This document shows positions 1 through 9,228 of a stretch of 64,000 nt of DNA, in pieces. Positions within the stretch are counted from its first letter, which is position 1; each line of letters starts with the position of its first letter. The notes beneath the pieces are model-generated. The model had not been told where the DNA came from. It made no database searches and was given only the letters and a program-made list of their open reading frames with translations. The position numbers and the translations under genes are program-made. Source of the stretch: an uncultured Fibrobacteraceae bacterium (GTDB taxonomy: Bacteria; Krumholzibacteriota; Krumholzibacteriia; LZORAL124-64-63); NCBI GenBank assembly GCA_964384055.1, contig CAYLIV010000010.1, forward strand, positions 13,829-77,828, read 5' to 3'.

Positions 1-723
1 GCCGAGCGCATCGGTGAACTCGATCCCAAGCCGGGACTCTCGACGGTCGGCGAATCGGCTCGCTACATCGTTCCGGACCTGGTCGTGCTGAAGATCGAGG
101 AAGACGGCGATTACGTGGTCTTCCTCAACGACGCCAACCTGCCCCGTCTGCAGGTCAGTCAGGCGTACGAGTCCACGCTCCGGGATCACCGGAACCGGAA
201 CGGTCAGCAGAGCCGGTCCAACAAGGATGACGACGCCGTTCAGTTCATCGACGAGAAGAAGCGTTACGCGGAGTGGATCATCAAGACCATCGAACAACGA
301 CGACGGACGATGATCAAGGTGATGGAAGCGATCGTGGCCGAGCAGAAGGACTTCTTCGAACACGGCGCCATCGCCTTGAAGCCGCTGACGCTGCAACAGG
401 TGGCCAACGTCATCGACATGCACGAATCGACCGTGAGCCGGGTCACGCGACAGAAGTACGTCCAGACACCGCGTGGTGTCTTCCCGCTCAAGTACTTCTT
501 CAGTGCCGGACTGGACACTCAGGAAGGCACGGAGGTCGCCGCCAAGGCCGTCAAGATGATGATCAAGGAAATCGTCGACGGCGAGAACACGGCGCGGCCG
601 TTGTCAGACAAGAAGATCGTGGATATACTCGAGGAGCGCGGCTTGAAAATCGCGCGCCGGACCGTCGCCAAGTACCGCGAACAACTCGGAATCCTGAACG
701 CGCGCATGCGCAAGCAGTTCTGA
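1..723 (+). CDS. rpoN: RNA polymerase sigma-54 factor RpoN, C-terminal part; the gene starts upstream of the window
   Basis: Frame 1 reads through from position 1. It contains the sigma-54 HTH/RpoN-box region (ARYIVPDLVVLK...HESTVSRVTRQKYVQTPRGVFPLKYFFS...ARRTVAKYRE), which matches E. coli RpoN closely. Stop TGA at 721-723. Confidence 0.95.
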   Translation, partial: AERIGELDPKPGLSTVGESARYIVPDLVVLKIEEDGDYVVFLNDANLPRLQVSQAYESTLRDHRNRNGQQSRSNKDDDAVQFIDEKKRYAEWIIKTIEQRRRTMIKVMEAIVAEQKDFFEHGAIALKPLTLQQVANVIDMHESTVSRVTRQKYVQTPRGVFPLKYFFSAGLDTQEGTEVAAKAVKMMIKEIVDGENTARPLSDKKIVDILEERGLKIARRTVAKYREQLGILNARMRKQF

Positions 724-777
724 TCCGACACCGGTCGCCGCAGCGCCCGGAACGGATCGGATGACAAGGAGGAGACT

Positions 778-1311
778 ATGCAGATAGAGATCCTGGCCCG
801 CCACTTCACCATCGGAGATGAGCAGAAGGAATTGATCGAGACCCAGCTGGAAAAACTGACCCGCTTCAGCCCGCGGCCTCTGCAGGAGGCTCGGGTGACG
901 ATCACCCACGAGAGCGGTCGTTTCAGCGCCGACGCAGCGCTGTTCATGAAGAACAATGAATTCCGGGCCAAGGGACAGGGTGTGGAGCCGGAACCGGCGA
1001 TCAACGAGGTCATCGAGAGCCTGCGCAAGCAAATTACCAAGTTCAAGGGCAAGATGTCTGCCCGCCAGAAAGGCGAAGAAGGCGGTCTCGGCCGGGCGCT
1101 GCTCGACGACGACGACGCCGGCAGCGGTATGACGCCGCTGGCCGTCGAGGGCTTCGTGCTCAAGGACATGGATGTGGCGAGTGCCAGGGCTGCTTTCCAG
1201 AATTCAGACTATCCGTTTCTGGTGTTCCGAAACCGGGATACGAGCCAGGTCAACGTGGTCTACCGCAGGGACGACGGCGAACTGGGCCTGATGCAGGCCG
1301 AGGACGCCTGA
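778..1311 (+). CDS. hpf: Ribosome hibernation promoting factor, long form (sigma-54 modulation protein)
   Basis: The N-terminal S30AE/RaiA core (MQIEILARHFTIGDEQKELIE...) plus a long-HPF C-terminal dimerisation domain (FLVFRNRDTSQVNVVYRRDDGELGLM). It lies immediately downstream of rpoN as in many bacteria. AAGGAG RBS upstream. Confidence 0.9.
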   Translation: MQIEILARHFTIGDEQKELIETQLEKLTRFSPRPLQEARVTITHESGRFSADAALFMKNNEFRAKGQGVEPEPAINEVIESLRKQITKFKGKMSARQKGEEGGLGRALLDDDDAGSGMTPLAVEGFVLKDMDVASARAAFQNSDYPFLVFRNRDTSQVNVVYRRDDGELGLMQAEDA

Positions 1312-1366
1312 GCCGGATCGAACACGCAATCGGATCACCGGCGGTAGCGAGTGGCGAGGTACGCGT

Positions 1367-2335
1367 ATGGGGCGAGTGACAGTCCAGCGGATCGTCGAGG
1401 AGCTGGGCGAACAGCTGCAGCTCGAAGAGCTGGTGCCGTTGCCGGCGGATCCGGTCGAGATCTACGCGGCCGACGTGCACCGGCCCGGCATGGCGATCAT
1501 GGGTTTCGCCGAGGGCTTTCTCGAGCGCCGGATTCAGATCATGGGCGAGACGGAGATGGCCTATCTGGCCACGCTCGACGCCCAGCAGCAGCAGACCGCC
1601 ATCGAGCGCGTGTTCTCCCTGCTGACGCCGGTGATCTTCGTCGCCAAGCAGTTGCCGGTTCCGGAACCGGTAATTTCGCTGGCGAACGAACGGCAGTTTC
1701 CGCTGGTTCGGTCGGCGCTTTCGGCCGTCGATCTGATCGTCGAGCTGTCCAGCTATCTCGCCCGACGGTTCGCGCCGCTGATCGAGGTGCACGGCACACT
1801 CGTCGACGTCTACGGCGTGGGACTGCTCTTCACGGGCCGCAGCGGCATCGGCAAGAGCGAATGTGCCCTCGATCTGATCGAACGCGGACATCGTCTCGTG
1901 GCCGACGACGTGGTCAAGATTCGCAAGACGACCGACGGCGTCCTGCTGGGCAGCTTCCGGGAGGTACTGCGCCACAATCTGGAGATTCGCGGCGTGGGCG
2001 TTATCGACGTGCAGGCCATCTTCGGCATCCGGGCGATCCGGGCGCAGAAACGAGTCGAGGTCGAGGTCCAGCTCCAGGAGTGGGACGACGACCAGGACTA
2101 CGAGCGGATGGGACTCGAACCGGTCTACACCACGATTCTCGGCTCGCAGCTACCAAAGGTTGTCGTACCGCTGTTTCCGGGCAAGAACATCACCGTGATC
2201 GCCGAGGTCATCGCCCTCGACTTCATGCTCAAGACCTACGGCTACGACGCCGCGGAAGTGCTCAACAAACAGATCATCAAATCGATCGAGTCCGGGGCGC
2301 GGCTCAGGCGATACCTCGCCCAGGATAGAGAATGA
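1367..2335 (+). CDS. hprK: HPr kinase/phosphorylase
   Basis: Walker A P-loop (GRSGIGKSE) and the HprK C-terminal signature (LEIRGVGVIDV...). About 320 aa, ATG start. Confidence 0.9.
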   Translation: MGRVTVQRIVEELGEQLQLEELVPLPADPVEIYAADVHRPGMAIMGFAEGFLERRIQIMGETEMAYLATLDAQQQQTAIERVFSLLTPVIFVAKQLPVPEPVISLANERQFPLVRSALSAVDLIVELSSYLARRFAPLIEVHGTLVDVYGVGLLFTGRSGIGKSECALDLIERGHRLVADDVVKIRKTTDGVLLGSFREVLRHNLEIRGVGVIDVQAIFGIRAIRAQKRVEVEVQLQEWDDDQDYERMGLEPVYTTILGSQLPKVVVPLFPGKNITVIAEVIALDFMLKTYGYDAAEVLNKQIIKSIESGARLRRYLAQDRE

Positions 2336-2438
2336 CCCGGCACGGCGATCCGTGCTACGCGGGGACGCGACGACGCTGACGCGCCACCTCGTGTCGCAGA
2401 GCGGAGTTGCCGCGCGACGGCAAACCGGGAGTGGGGCG

Positions 2439-3392
2439 ATGGCAGGTACCTGCGCGCTGGTGGTGACGCACGGGAAGCTCGGGCGACAGCTCGTGCGCGT
2501 TGTGGAGATGATCGTGGGCCCGGTCGCCGGGCTGACGAGTCTGTCCAACGAGGAGTTCTCGGCGCTGGAACTCGCCGCTGAGATCCGTCGGTGGCTCGCC
2601 GAGTGCGACGCCGACGACCCGACCGGCCGGCTGGTGCTGGTCGACGATTACGGCGGGAGCTGCGCCACCGCGGCCCAGCTCGCCTGCGAGGATGAAGGGA
2701 CCGCGATCATCAGCGGCGTCAATCTCGCGATGCTACTGGCTTTCGCCAGCTGGCGTGAAGACTACGAACTGGAAGAACTGGTGCAGCAACTGATCCGCAA
2801 GGGCCGCGACGCGATCATTCGCGTAGGCGGCAAGCGCGCCGGCCGAACTTGTCGGACGAGCGCGAGGCCGGGGAGCGTCAACAGAGCGATGGACATCGTA
2901 CTGGCCAGGATCGACGATCGTTTCATACACGGTCAGGTAACCGTCGGCTGGAGTCAGAAACTCCGCCCGGATCGTATCGTGCTCGCCAACGACGCGATCG
3001 CGGCAGATCCGTGGCAGTGTCGCGTGTACGGCAGCACGGTGCCGCCGGAAATAACGGTCGCGATTCTCGATCTGGAGACGACGGCTGCGGCGATGCGTGA
3101 GACCAACGGCGAGTTCGCCGCCGGGAGGACGATTCTGCTCACCGGATCACCGGCGGATCTCTATGCGCTGCACCGGAAAGGGCGAACCTTGCCCGAGATC
3201 AACGTCGGTGGCATGCACTACAGCCCGGGTAAGCAGGAGATGCTGCCGTTCGTCTACGTGGATCCGGACGATCTCGTGGTACTGCGGGCGTTTCTCGCGA
3301 CGGGCTGCCTCATGACCGCCCAGCAGGTGCCCGGCGGCAAGGCGATCGTTGTGGGCGAGAATCTGATCGAGAGCATGGAGGGCCGGCTTTGA
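2439..3392 (+). CDS. PTS mannose-family fused EIIA-EIIB component
   Basis: EIIA-Man N-domain with a phosphorylatable His (ALVVTHGKLG) and EIIB-Man/sorbose domain with the His motif (MDIVLARIDDRFIHGQV). The six-frame ORF begins at GTG 2352. I prefer ATG 2439, which is preceded by a GGGAG RBS. Confidence 0.8.
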   Translation: MAGTCALVVTHGKLGRQLVRVVEMIVGPVAGLTSLSNEEFSALELAAEIRRWLAECDADDPTGRLVLVDDYGGSCATAAQLACEDEGTAIISGVNLAMLLAFASWREDYELEELVQQLIRKGRDAIIRVGGKRAGRTCRTSARPGSVNRAMDIVLARIDDRFIHGQVTVGWSQKLRPDRIVLANDAIAADPWQCRVYGSTVPPEITVAILDLETTAAAMRETNGEFAAGRTILLTGSPADLYALHRKGRTLPEINVGGMHYSPGKQEMLPFVYVDPDDLVVLRAFLATGCLMTAQQVPGGKAIVVGENLIESMEGRL

Positions 3393-4144
3393 TAGGCGCG
3401 GTCTTTATCGGCGCCGACGCCGGAGCGGCGCCCTGGGGTTCGCTCTGCGCCCTGGGACTGCTGACGGCTTTGCTGTCCCTCGATGACACCGCCCTGGCGC
3501 AGACCTGGTTCAGCCAGCCCTTGCCTGCGGGGATCCTGGCGGGCGCCTTCGGCGGCGATCCCCTGACGGGACTGGCCTTGGGGCTGCCCTGTCAGCTGAT
3601 CGTGATCGGTAACCTGCCGGTGGGGCGCACCTTCACCGGTGAGCAGGTGGCGGCGGTGGTGGCGACGGTCGGCGGTGCCATCCTGGCGGGTGTTCGTTTC
3701 CAGCAGCCGGTCATGGCCGCCGCCATGCCCGGCGCCGGCCAGCTGGGCTGGCTGATGGTCTGCGTCGTCCTGCTGAGCAGTGCCGGCCACTGGGTCGTCC
3801 AGGCCGAGCGGCGGGCTCATTTCGTCTGGATGCTCGCCGGACATCGCAGCCTGCGAGACGGCCAACTGCAGCGGGTCGAACGGCTGCACGGAAGGTGCCT
3901 GGCGGCGACCGCCCTGCGCGGGTTCGTTCTCGGCGTACTGTGGCTCATCCTGGTGGTGGACCTGTGGCTGCCGCTCTTCGCGCTGTTACCGGAACGGCTG
4001 GTGACCGCCCTGAGCCTCTTGCCGGTACTGGCGCCCGCGATCGGCGTCGGTGTTCTCGTCGAGCGCTACGGTTGGCGGGCGTGCTGGCGCCGCACCGCGC
4101 CGGCGGCAGTGGTTGCCCTCGTACTGGGTGTGCTCGTGTTCTAG
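3389..4144 (+). CDS. PTS mannose-family IIC permease component (putative)
   Basis: A 251-aa highly hydrophobic protein between the EIIAB and IID genes. Its TTG start overlaps the EIIAB stop (TTGA). The sequence similarity itself is weak, so the call rests on size, hydrophobicity and operon position. Confidence 0.6.
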   Translation: MIGAVFIGADAGAAPWGSLCALGLLTALLSLDDTALAQTWFSQPLPAGILAGAFGGDPLTGLALGLPCQLIVIGNLPVGRTFTGEQVAAVVATVGGAILAGVRFQQPVMAAAMPGAGQLGWLMVCVVLLSSAGHWVVQAERRAHFVWMLAGHRSLRDGQLQRVERLHGRCLAATALRGFVLGVLWLILVVDLWLPLFALLPERLVTALSLLPVLAPAIGVGVLVERYGWRACWRRTAPAAVVALVLGVLVF

Positions 4145-4187
4145 CATAAGCCGGCGGCGTTACGGCCGGCGGCAGGAAGGTAAGACG

Positions 4188-4979
4188 GTGCTGCGAGGCA
4201 ACGGAACGGTCGAGAAGAAGCGGCTACCGGCGGGTTTGTTCGCCTCGGTATACGTGCGTTCATTGACCTTGCAGGCCTCGTGGAATCCGCAACGGATGCA
4301 GAATCTCGGCTTGCTGACGGTATTGCTGCCCTGGATGCAAGGCAGGACCGCGGCGATCACCGACCGGCGATTGTTCTGTCGGCGCTACTACGGGTTCTTC
4401 AACACCAACCCGTATCTGGCCAACTTCATCGTCGGGGGTCTGTTGCATCTGGAAGAACAGGCTGCGCCACCCGATGCCGCGGCGGCGCAGTCGACCCAGC
4501 TGACGACCACGTTCCGCGATTCCCTCGGCCGCGCCTTCGCCTCGCTCGGCGACCAGCTTGTCTGGCTGGGCATCAAGCCGGTGCTGGTATTGCTGGCCTG
4601 CCTGCTGGCGTGTTACGGACAGATGTGGGCGGTGCTGCTGGTGTTTCTGCTCTTCGCGCTGGCTCAGTTCGAGTTGCGCCGCCGGGCGCTGCTGGCCGGC
4701 TACGAACTGGGACTGGACATCGTGGAAGTGCTGTCCCACGCGGCCTGGCATCGTGTGATCAAGGGTGCGAAAGTCGCGGGAATGATCTTGACCGGTACGA
4801 TGGCGGGATTTTATTTCGCTCGATTGCATCGCCTGGATAACGGACTGGATGGATTCATTCTGCTGGGTTGTGTGGTGCTGGGTGTGGGCTTGCCGCTGCT
4901 GTTGCGCCGACGTTCGCCCGGCGAAGGCATCGTGCCGCTGGCGCTGTTGCTGGCGTTCGGACTGACGTTTCTGCTTTGA
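4188..4979 (+). CDS. PTS mannose-family IID component
   Basis: IID signature (VRSLTLQASWNPQRMQNLG, compare ManZ ...FQGSWNFERMQALG). Start moved to GTG 4188, which is in frame and 8 nt after a GGAAGG RBS. The six-frame ORF call begins at 4050, inside the IIC gene. Confidence 0.8.
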   Translation: MLRGNGTVEKKRLPAGLFASVYVRSLTLQASWNPQRMQNLGLLTVLLPWMQGRTAAITDRRLFCRRYYGFFNTNPYLANFIVGGLLHLEEQAAPPDAAAAQSTQLTTTFRDSLGRAFASLGDQLVWLGIKPVLVLLACLLACYGQMWAVLLVFLLFALAQFELRRRALLAGYELGLDIVEVLSHAAWHRVIKGAKVAGMILTGTMAGFYFARLHRLDNGLDGFILLGCVVLGVGLPLLLRRRSPGEGIVPLALLLAFGLTFLL

Positions 4980-5035
4980 ACCGCGTCGTTGACGGGAAGG
5001 TGTCGGTCCGCGACCGGCCAACAAGGACCTGAAAT

Positions 5036-5323
5036 TTGAAAGTTACTCACGCCACAGTTTCCGACCCCGTCGGCTTTCATCTACGCGCCGCCGGCCGCAT
5101 CGTCAAGTTGACGAAGACCTTCGCGTCGGAGGTGACGATCCGCTATCAGGGACGGTCCGCAAACGCCAAGAGTATCATGGGGCTGGCGAGTCTGGCCGCC
5201 GAATTCGGCAGCTCGGTGGAGGTGGAAGTGTCGGGGAGCGACGAAGAACAGGCCCTGGCCGCGGTCAAGCAGTTGATCGAGGTGGAACTGGCCCAAACAG
5301 AAGACGGTGGGCAATCGTCATGA
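5036..5323 (+). CDS. ptsH: Phosphocarrier protein HPr
   Basis: His15 region (GFHLRAAG) and a conserved Ser46 context (KSIMGL), which is the HprK target site. Confidence 0.9.
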   Translation: MKVTHATVSDPVGFHLRAAGRIVKLTKTFASEVTIRYQGRSANAKSIMGLASLAAEFGSSVEVEVSGSDEEQALAAVKQLIEVELAQTEDGGQSS

Positions 5324-7077
5324 CGACCTACACGGGCATCCCTGCGTCGGGTGGACACGCGATCGGATCGGTGTTCCATGTTCGCCGGGAGTCGATCGCG
5401 GTACCCCGGCGGACCATCGCCGCGACCGAGATCGAAGCGGAATCCGAACGCTACCGGCTGGCGGTCACACGTGCCAAGGACGAGATCCGCTCGTTGATCG
5501 TGAAGCTCGAGCGGGAGCTCGGTAGCGAGGAAGCGGAGATCCTGTCCAGCCAGCTCCTGATCCTTGAAGACGAGATGGTCTGGGATGCCACCCTGGCCCA
5601 TATCAACGAGCAGAAACTGAACGCGGAAGCGGCGTTCGCGCGGGCGGTGGGCGACGTCGTGGTCCAGTTCCACGACGTACAGGACGAGGTCTTTCGCGAG
5701 CGGATCAATGATCTGCGCGACGTTGAACAGCGGGTGCTCAGGGTATTCCGCGGCGACGGTGAGGCCGCGATCGAGGGCCCACGGGAACCCATGATCGTTG
5801 TCGCCCATAATCTGACGCCGTCGGTCACGGCGTCTTTCGACCTGAACAACGTGCTCGCCTTCGCCATGGACGAGGGCGGCAGCACGAGCCACGTGGCCAT
5901 TCTGGCGCGCTCGATCGGTGTGCCCGCCGTGGTCGGTCTGGGCGGGATCGCCACCGAACTGACGCCCGGCGAAGTGGTGGCCGTGAACGGCAACGAGGGC
6001 GAGATCATCACCGAGCCCGACCGGCAGACGCGCGACCGCTACCGCCAGCTCGGGCAGCAGCAGATAACGGTCAGTCGCAAGCTCGAATACCTGAAGGACC
6101 TCGCTGCCGTGACGCCGGACGGCCGGCGGGTGCAGATGCTCGCCAACATCGGCTTGCCCTTCGAAATCGACGAGGCGCTGGCGCGCGGTGCCGAAGGCAT
6201 CGGGCTGTTGCGGACCGAATATCTCTATTTCCAGCACGCCGATATTCCCAGCGAGGACGAGCAGGTCGAGATCTATGCCGATTTCGTGCGGCGTTTCGAC
6301 GACCGGCCCGTCATCTTCCGCACGCTCGACGTGGGCGGCGACAAGGTGTCGGACTACCTCGGGGCCAAACGTGAGTACAACCCGTTTCTGGGCTGGCGCG
6401 GCATACGGTTCACCCTGGCCAATCGCACGCTGTTCAAGTCGCAGGTGCGCGCCATCTATCGCGCCGCGGCCGCCGGTTCGGTCAAGATCATGTTCCCCAT
6501 GATCTCGGGCGTGGAGGAGATGCGAGCAGCACGCGATCTGTGCCTTGAATGCCGGTTCGAGCTGGGACGTGACGGTCTCGAATTCAATCCGGATGTGGAA
6601 CTGGGCATGATGATCGAGACGCCATCGGCGGCAGCGATCTGTGATCTGCTCGCCCGAGAGTGCGATTTCTTCAGTGTCGGCACCAACGATCTGATTCAGT
6701 ACACACTGGCCATGGACCGCGGCAACCGGCGCGTTTCCTACCTCTACCGGCCGTTGCACCCGGCGATTCTGCGGAGTCTGCGCCAGGTCGTCGACGCGGG
6801 CCGCGAAAACGGCATTCCCGTCGGTCTGTGCGGCGAGATGGGTTCCGAGACACGGCTGGCGGAGGTGCTGCTCGGTCTCGGCTTCGACGAGATAAGTCTG
6901 AACGGCGCCGCGCTACCAAAGATAAAGCAAGTCATTCGCTGGACGAAATACAGTGAGGCCAGGAAGCTGGTCGATACGCTGCTGGCCATGGACACGGCAG
7001 CCGAGACCGACGCCCACGTGACGGCATACGTGGAAGCACGGAAGCAAGCTCGTTTGAAGGAAGGAAACCAGGGATGA
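5320..7077 (+). CDS. ptsI: Phosphoenolpyruvate-protein phosphotransferase (Enzyme I)
   Basis: 585 aa with the active-site His region (GGSTSHVAILARSIGVPAVVG) and a PEP-utilising C-terminal domain. ATGA overlap with ptsH. Confidence 0.95.
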   Translation: MTTYTGIPASGGHAIGSVFHVRRESIAVPRRTIAATEIEAESERYRLAVTRAKDEIRSLIVKLERELGSEEAEILSSQLLILEDEMVWDATLAHINEQKLNAEAAFARAVGDVVVQFHDVQDEVFRERINDLRDVEQRVLRVFRGDGEAAIEGPREPMIVVAHNLTPSVTASFDLNNVLAFAMDEGGSTSHVAILARSIGVPAVVGLGGIATELTPGEVVAVNGNEGEIITEPDRQTRDRYRQLGQQQITVSRKLEYLKDLAAVTPDGRRVQMLANIGLPFEIDEALARGAEGIGLLRTEYLYFQHADIPSEDEQVEIYADFVRRFDDRPVIFRTLDVGGDKVSDYLGAKREYNPFLGWRGIRFTLANRTLFKSQVRAIYRAAAAGSVKIMFPMISGVEEMRAARDLCLECRFELGRDGLEFNPDVELGMMIETPSAAAICDLLARECDFFSVGTNDLIQYTLAMDRGNRRVSYLYRPLHPAILRSLRQVVDAGRENGIPVGLCGEMGSETRLAEVLLGLGFDEISLNGAALPKIKQVIRWTKYSEARKLVDTLLAMDTAAETDAHVTAYVEARKQARLKEGNQG

Positions 7078-8186
7078 GTGACTGGCCGGAAGGTGGCACC
7101 GGGCGGATGTTCCGGCTGATCAGCGAACTGCCGCAGCAACTGGCAGCCAGCGCCCGTCATGCAGGGTTGCGTGACCTGCGGCCGCTGGTCCCCGGACCGC
7201 GCCGGGTGCTGCTGTGCGGTATGGGCGGTTCGGCGATCGCCGGCGATCTGATCCAGCCGCTCCTGACCAGGCCCGATTATTCGTTCGACGTGGTACGCGA
7301 CTATCATCTGCCCGCATGGGCCGACACCGAGACCCTGGTCATCGCCAGCAGCTATTCGGGCAACACCGAGGAAACGCTTTCCTGCGTCGACGAGGCCCGG
7401 GGGCGGGGTTGTCGTCTGGTTGCGCTGAGTTCAGGCGGACAGCTGCTGGACCAGGCAGGCGGCGAACCGGGATTCCCCGCAGTTGTGCTGCCCGGCGGAT
7501 TGCCACCGCGCGCCTCGCTGGGTCTGGGCCTGGGCTCGCTGCTGCGTCTGCTGGAACGCCTGGGTCTGCTGAGCGATGTCGAGACACAGATCCAGCGGGC
7601 GGTTGTCCGTCTGGAAAACGACGCTGCCGGATACCTGGCTCCCCTGATGGCCGCCACCCGCGGCGAGACGGACCCGGCGCCGACGGTCGCGACGGACGAG
7701 GCGGCGGCCGCGACACCGTCTCCCGCCACGCTGGCCGATGCACTGCTGACCGCCTTTCCGGTCATCTACACGACCAGCCCCGAGGCTCACGCCGCCGGTA
7801 TGCGGCTCAAGGCGCAACTCAACGAGAACGGCAAGAGTCCGGCCTATTGCGTGCCGTTTCCCGAACTCGACCACAACGACATCGTTGGCTGGAGCCTGAC
7901 ACCGCAGCAGCGCCGGCAGTTCGTGCTGCTGGTGCTCCGTGGCGGAGACGAGGAGCCGCACGCGACCCGTCGCGTGGCGGTTACCAAGGATTTGCTGGCC
8001 GGAGAGTTCGCCGGCATCCACGATATCCGGGCCGTCGGCCAAAGCACGCTGGAGCGTATCCTGTCGCTCGTGCAGTACGGTGACTACCTCTCGTGCTATC
8101 TGGCGTTGCGCAAGGGCGTGGATGCGGTGCCCGTCGATCGTATCGAATCGCTCAAACGTCAGCTCAACGAAGGAGCCGCGCCATGA
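7074..8186 (+). CDS. Bifunctional phosphoglucose/phosphomannose isomerase family protein (SIS domain)
   Basis: SIS-domain motifs (CGMGGSAIAGD, SYSGNTEET) in a protein of PGI/PMI-family size. ATGA overlap with ptsI. Confidence 0.7.
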   Translation: MSDWPEGGTGRMFRLISELPQQLAASARHAGLRDLRPLVPGPRRVLLCGMGGSAIAGDLIQPLLTRPDYSFDVVRDYHLPAWADTETLVIASSYSGNTEETLSCVDEARGRGCRLVALSSGGQLLDQAGGEPGFPAVVLPGGLPPRASLGLGLGSLLRLLERLGLLSDVETQIQRAVVRLENDAAGYLAPLMAATRGETDPAPTVATDEAAAATPSPATLADALLTAFPVIYTTSPEAHAAGMRLKAQLNENGKSPAYCVPFPELDHNDIVGWSLTPQQRRQFVLLVLRGGDEEPHATRRVAVTKDLLAGEFAGIHDIRAVGQSTLERILSLVQYGDYLSCYLALRKGVDAVPVDRIESLKRQLNEGAAP

Positions 8187-9160
8187 AGGCGGTCATCCCC
8201 GCCGCGGGCATCGGCACGCGCCTGCGCCCCCACACCCTGAACAAGCCCAAGGCCCTGCTGCCGGTCGCCGGCAAACCCATACTGGCGCACATCGTCGACG
8301 ATCTGGCCGCCGCGGGTATCGACGGTTTCGTGGTCATCGTCGGCTATCACGGTGACGCCGTCCGCAAGTGGTTCTCGCAACAGCGGCCCGAACTCGCCAT
8401 CGAGTACGTGGAGCAGGAAGAGCGGCTGGGCCTCGGCCATGCCATCTGGACCGCGCGAGCGGCCATCGGCGACGAACCGTTCTTCTGTATTCTGGGGGAC
8501 ACCATTCTCAAGGCGGACTACGCGAATCTGCTGGCGTCGCCGAACAGCGTGATCGGTGTGCGGGAGGTCGCTGATCCGCGACGTTTCGGCGTGGTGGAAA
8601 TGGTTGAAGGCCGTGTGGTCCGTCTGGTCGAGAAGCCCGACGTGCCGCCGAGCAACCTGGCCATTGTCGGTGCCTACCTGTTCCACGACGGCGGTGCGTT
8701 GTGGCGCGCGCTCGATCAGATCATCGAACAGGACATCCGCACGAAGGGTGAATACCAGCTGACCGACGCGTTGCAGCTCATGGTCACCGAAGGTATCCTG
8801 TTCAACACCGCAACGGTCGGCGATTGGTACGATTGCGGTAAACAGGAAACCTGGATCGAGACCAACCGGGTTCTGCTGCAACGTCTCGACGCTCAGCCGG
8901 ATCGCGAGGGGGTCATCGCACCCTGCTCCATCGCTCCCGACGCCGAACTGTCGGGATCGACCGTGGGACCCTTCGTCTCGGTGGGTCCGGGAACCCGGAT
9001 CATCGACAGCGAACTGACCGATTGCGTTGTCGGGCGCGACAGTGTCATCACCGGCTGCCGTTTGCGCGACAGCCTTCTCGGCAATGAAACCCGCGTCGAG
9101 CGCGTCCGGGGGGAGATCAACCTCGGCGATTTCTGCGCGATCGACTCGACGCACGATTAA
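8183..9160 (+). CDS. Sugar-1-phosphate nucleotidyltransferase with a C-terminal left-handed beta-helix (GDP-mannose or dTDP-glucose pyrophosphorylase-like)
   Basis: N-terminal NTP_transferase signature (MKAVIPAAGIGTRLRP...KPKALLPVAGKPIL). AAGGAG RBS. The ATG at 8183 overlaps the upstream stop (ATGA). Confidence 0.8.
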   Translation: MKAVIPAAGIGTRLRPHTLNKPKALLPVAGKPILAHIVDDLAAAGIDGFVVIVGYHGDAVRKWFSQQRPELAIEYVEQEERLGLGHAIWTARAAIGDEPFFCILGDTILKADYANLLASPNSVIGVREVADPRRFGVVEMVEGRVVRLVEKPDVPPSNLAIVGAYLFHDGGALWRALDQIIEQDIRTKGEYQLTDALQLMVTEGILFNTATVGDWYDCGKQETWIETNRVLLQRLDAQPDREGVIAPCSIAPDAELSGSTVGPFVSVGPGTRIIDSELTDCVVGRDSVITGCRLRDSLLGNETRVERVRGEINLGDFCAIDSTHD

Positions 9161-9228
9161 CCGGCCGCCAGGCGGTTCGGGCAACGGAGTCTCCGGATCG
9201 TTACCGGAAGAAAAAGTGAGGATAAACG

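Noticed and set aside
1351-2328. 325-aa ORF in an alternative frame overlapping hprK (Arg/Gly/Ala-rich translation)
   Set aside because: It overlaps entirely with a strongly conserved HprK reading frame. Its composition is typical of off-frame translation of GC-rich DNA.
9161-9228. Possible SAM riboswitch upstream of metK
   Set aside because: The 68-nt leader is too short for a SAM-I or SAM-II aptamer and has no recognisable motifs.
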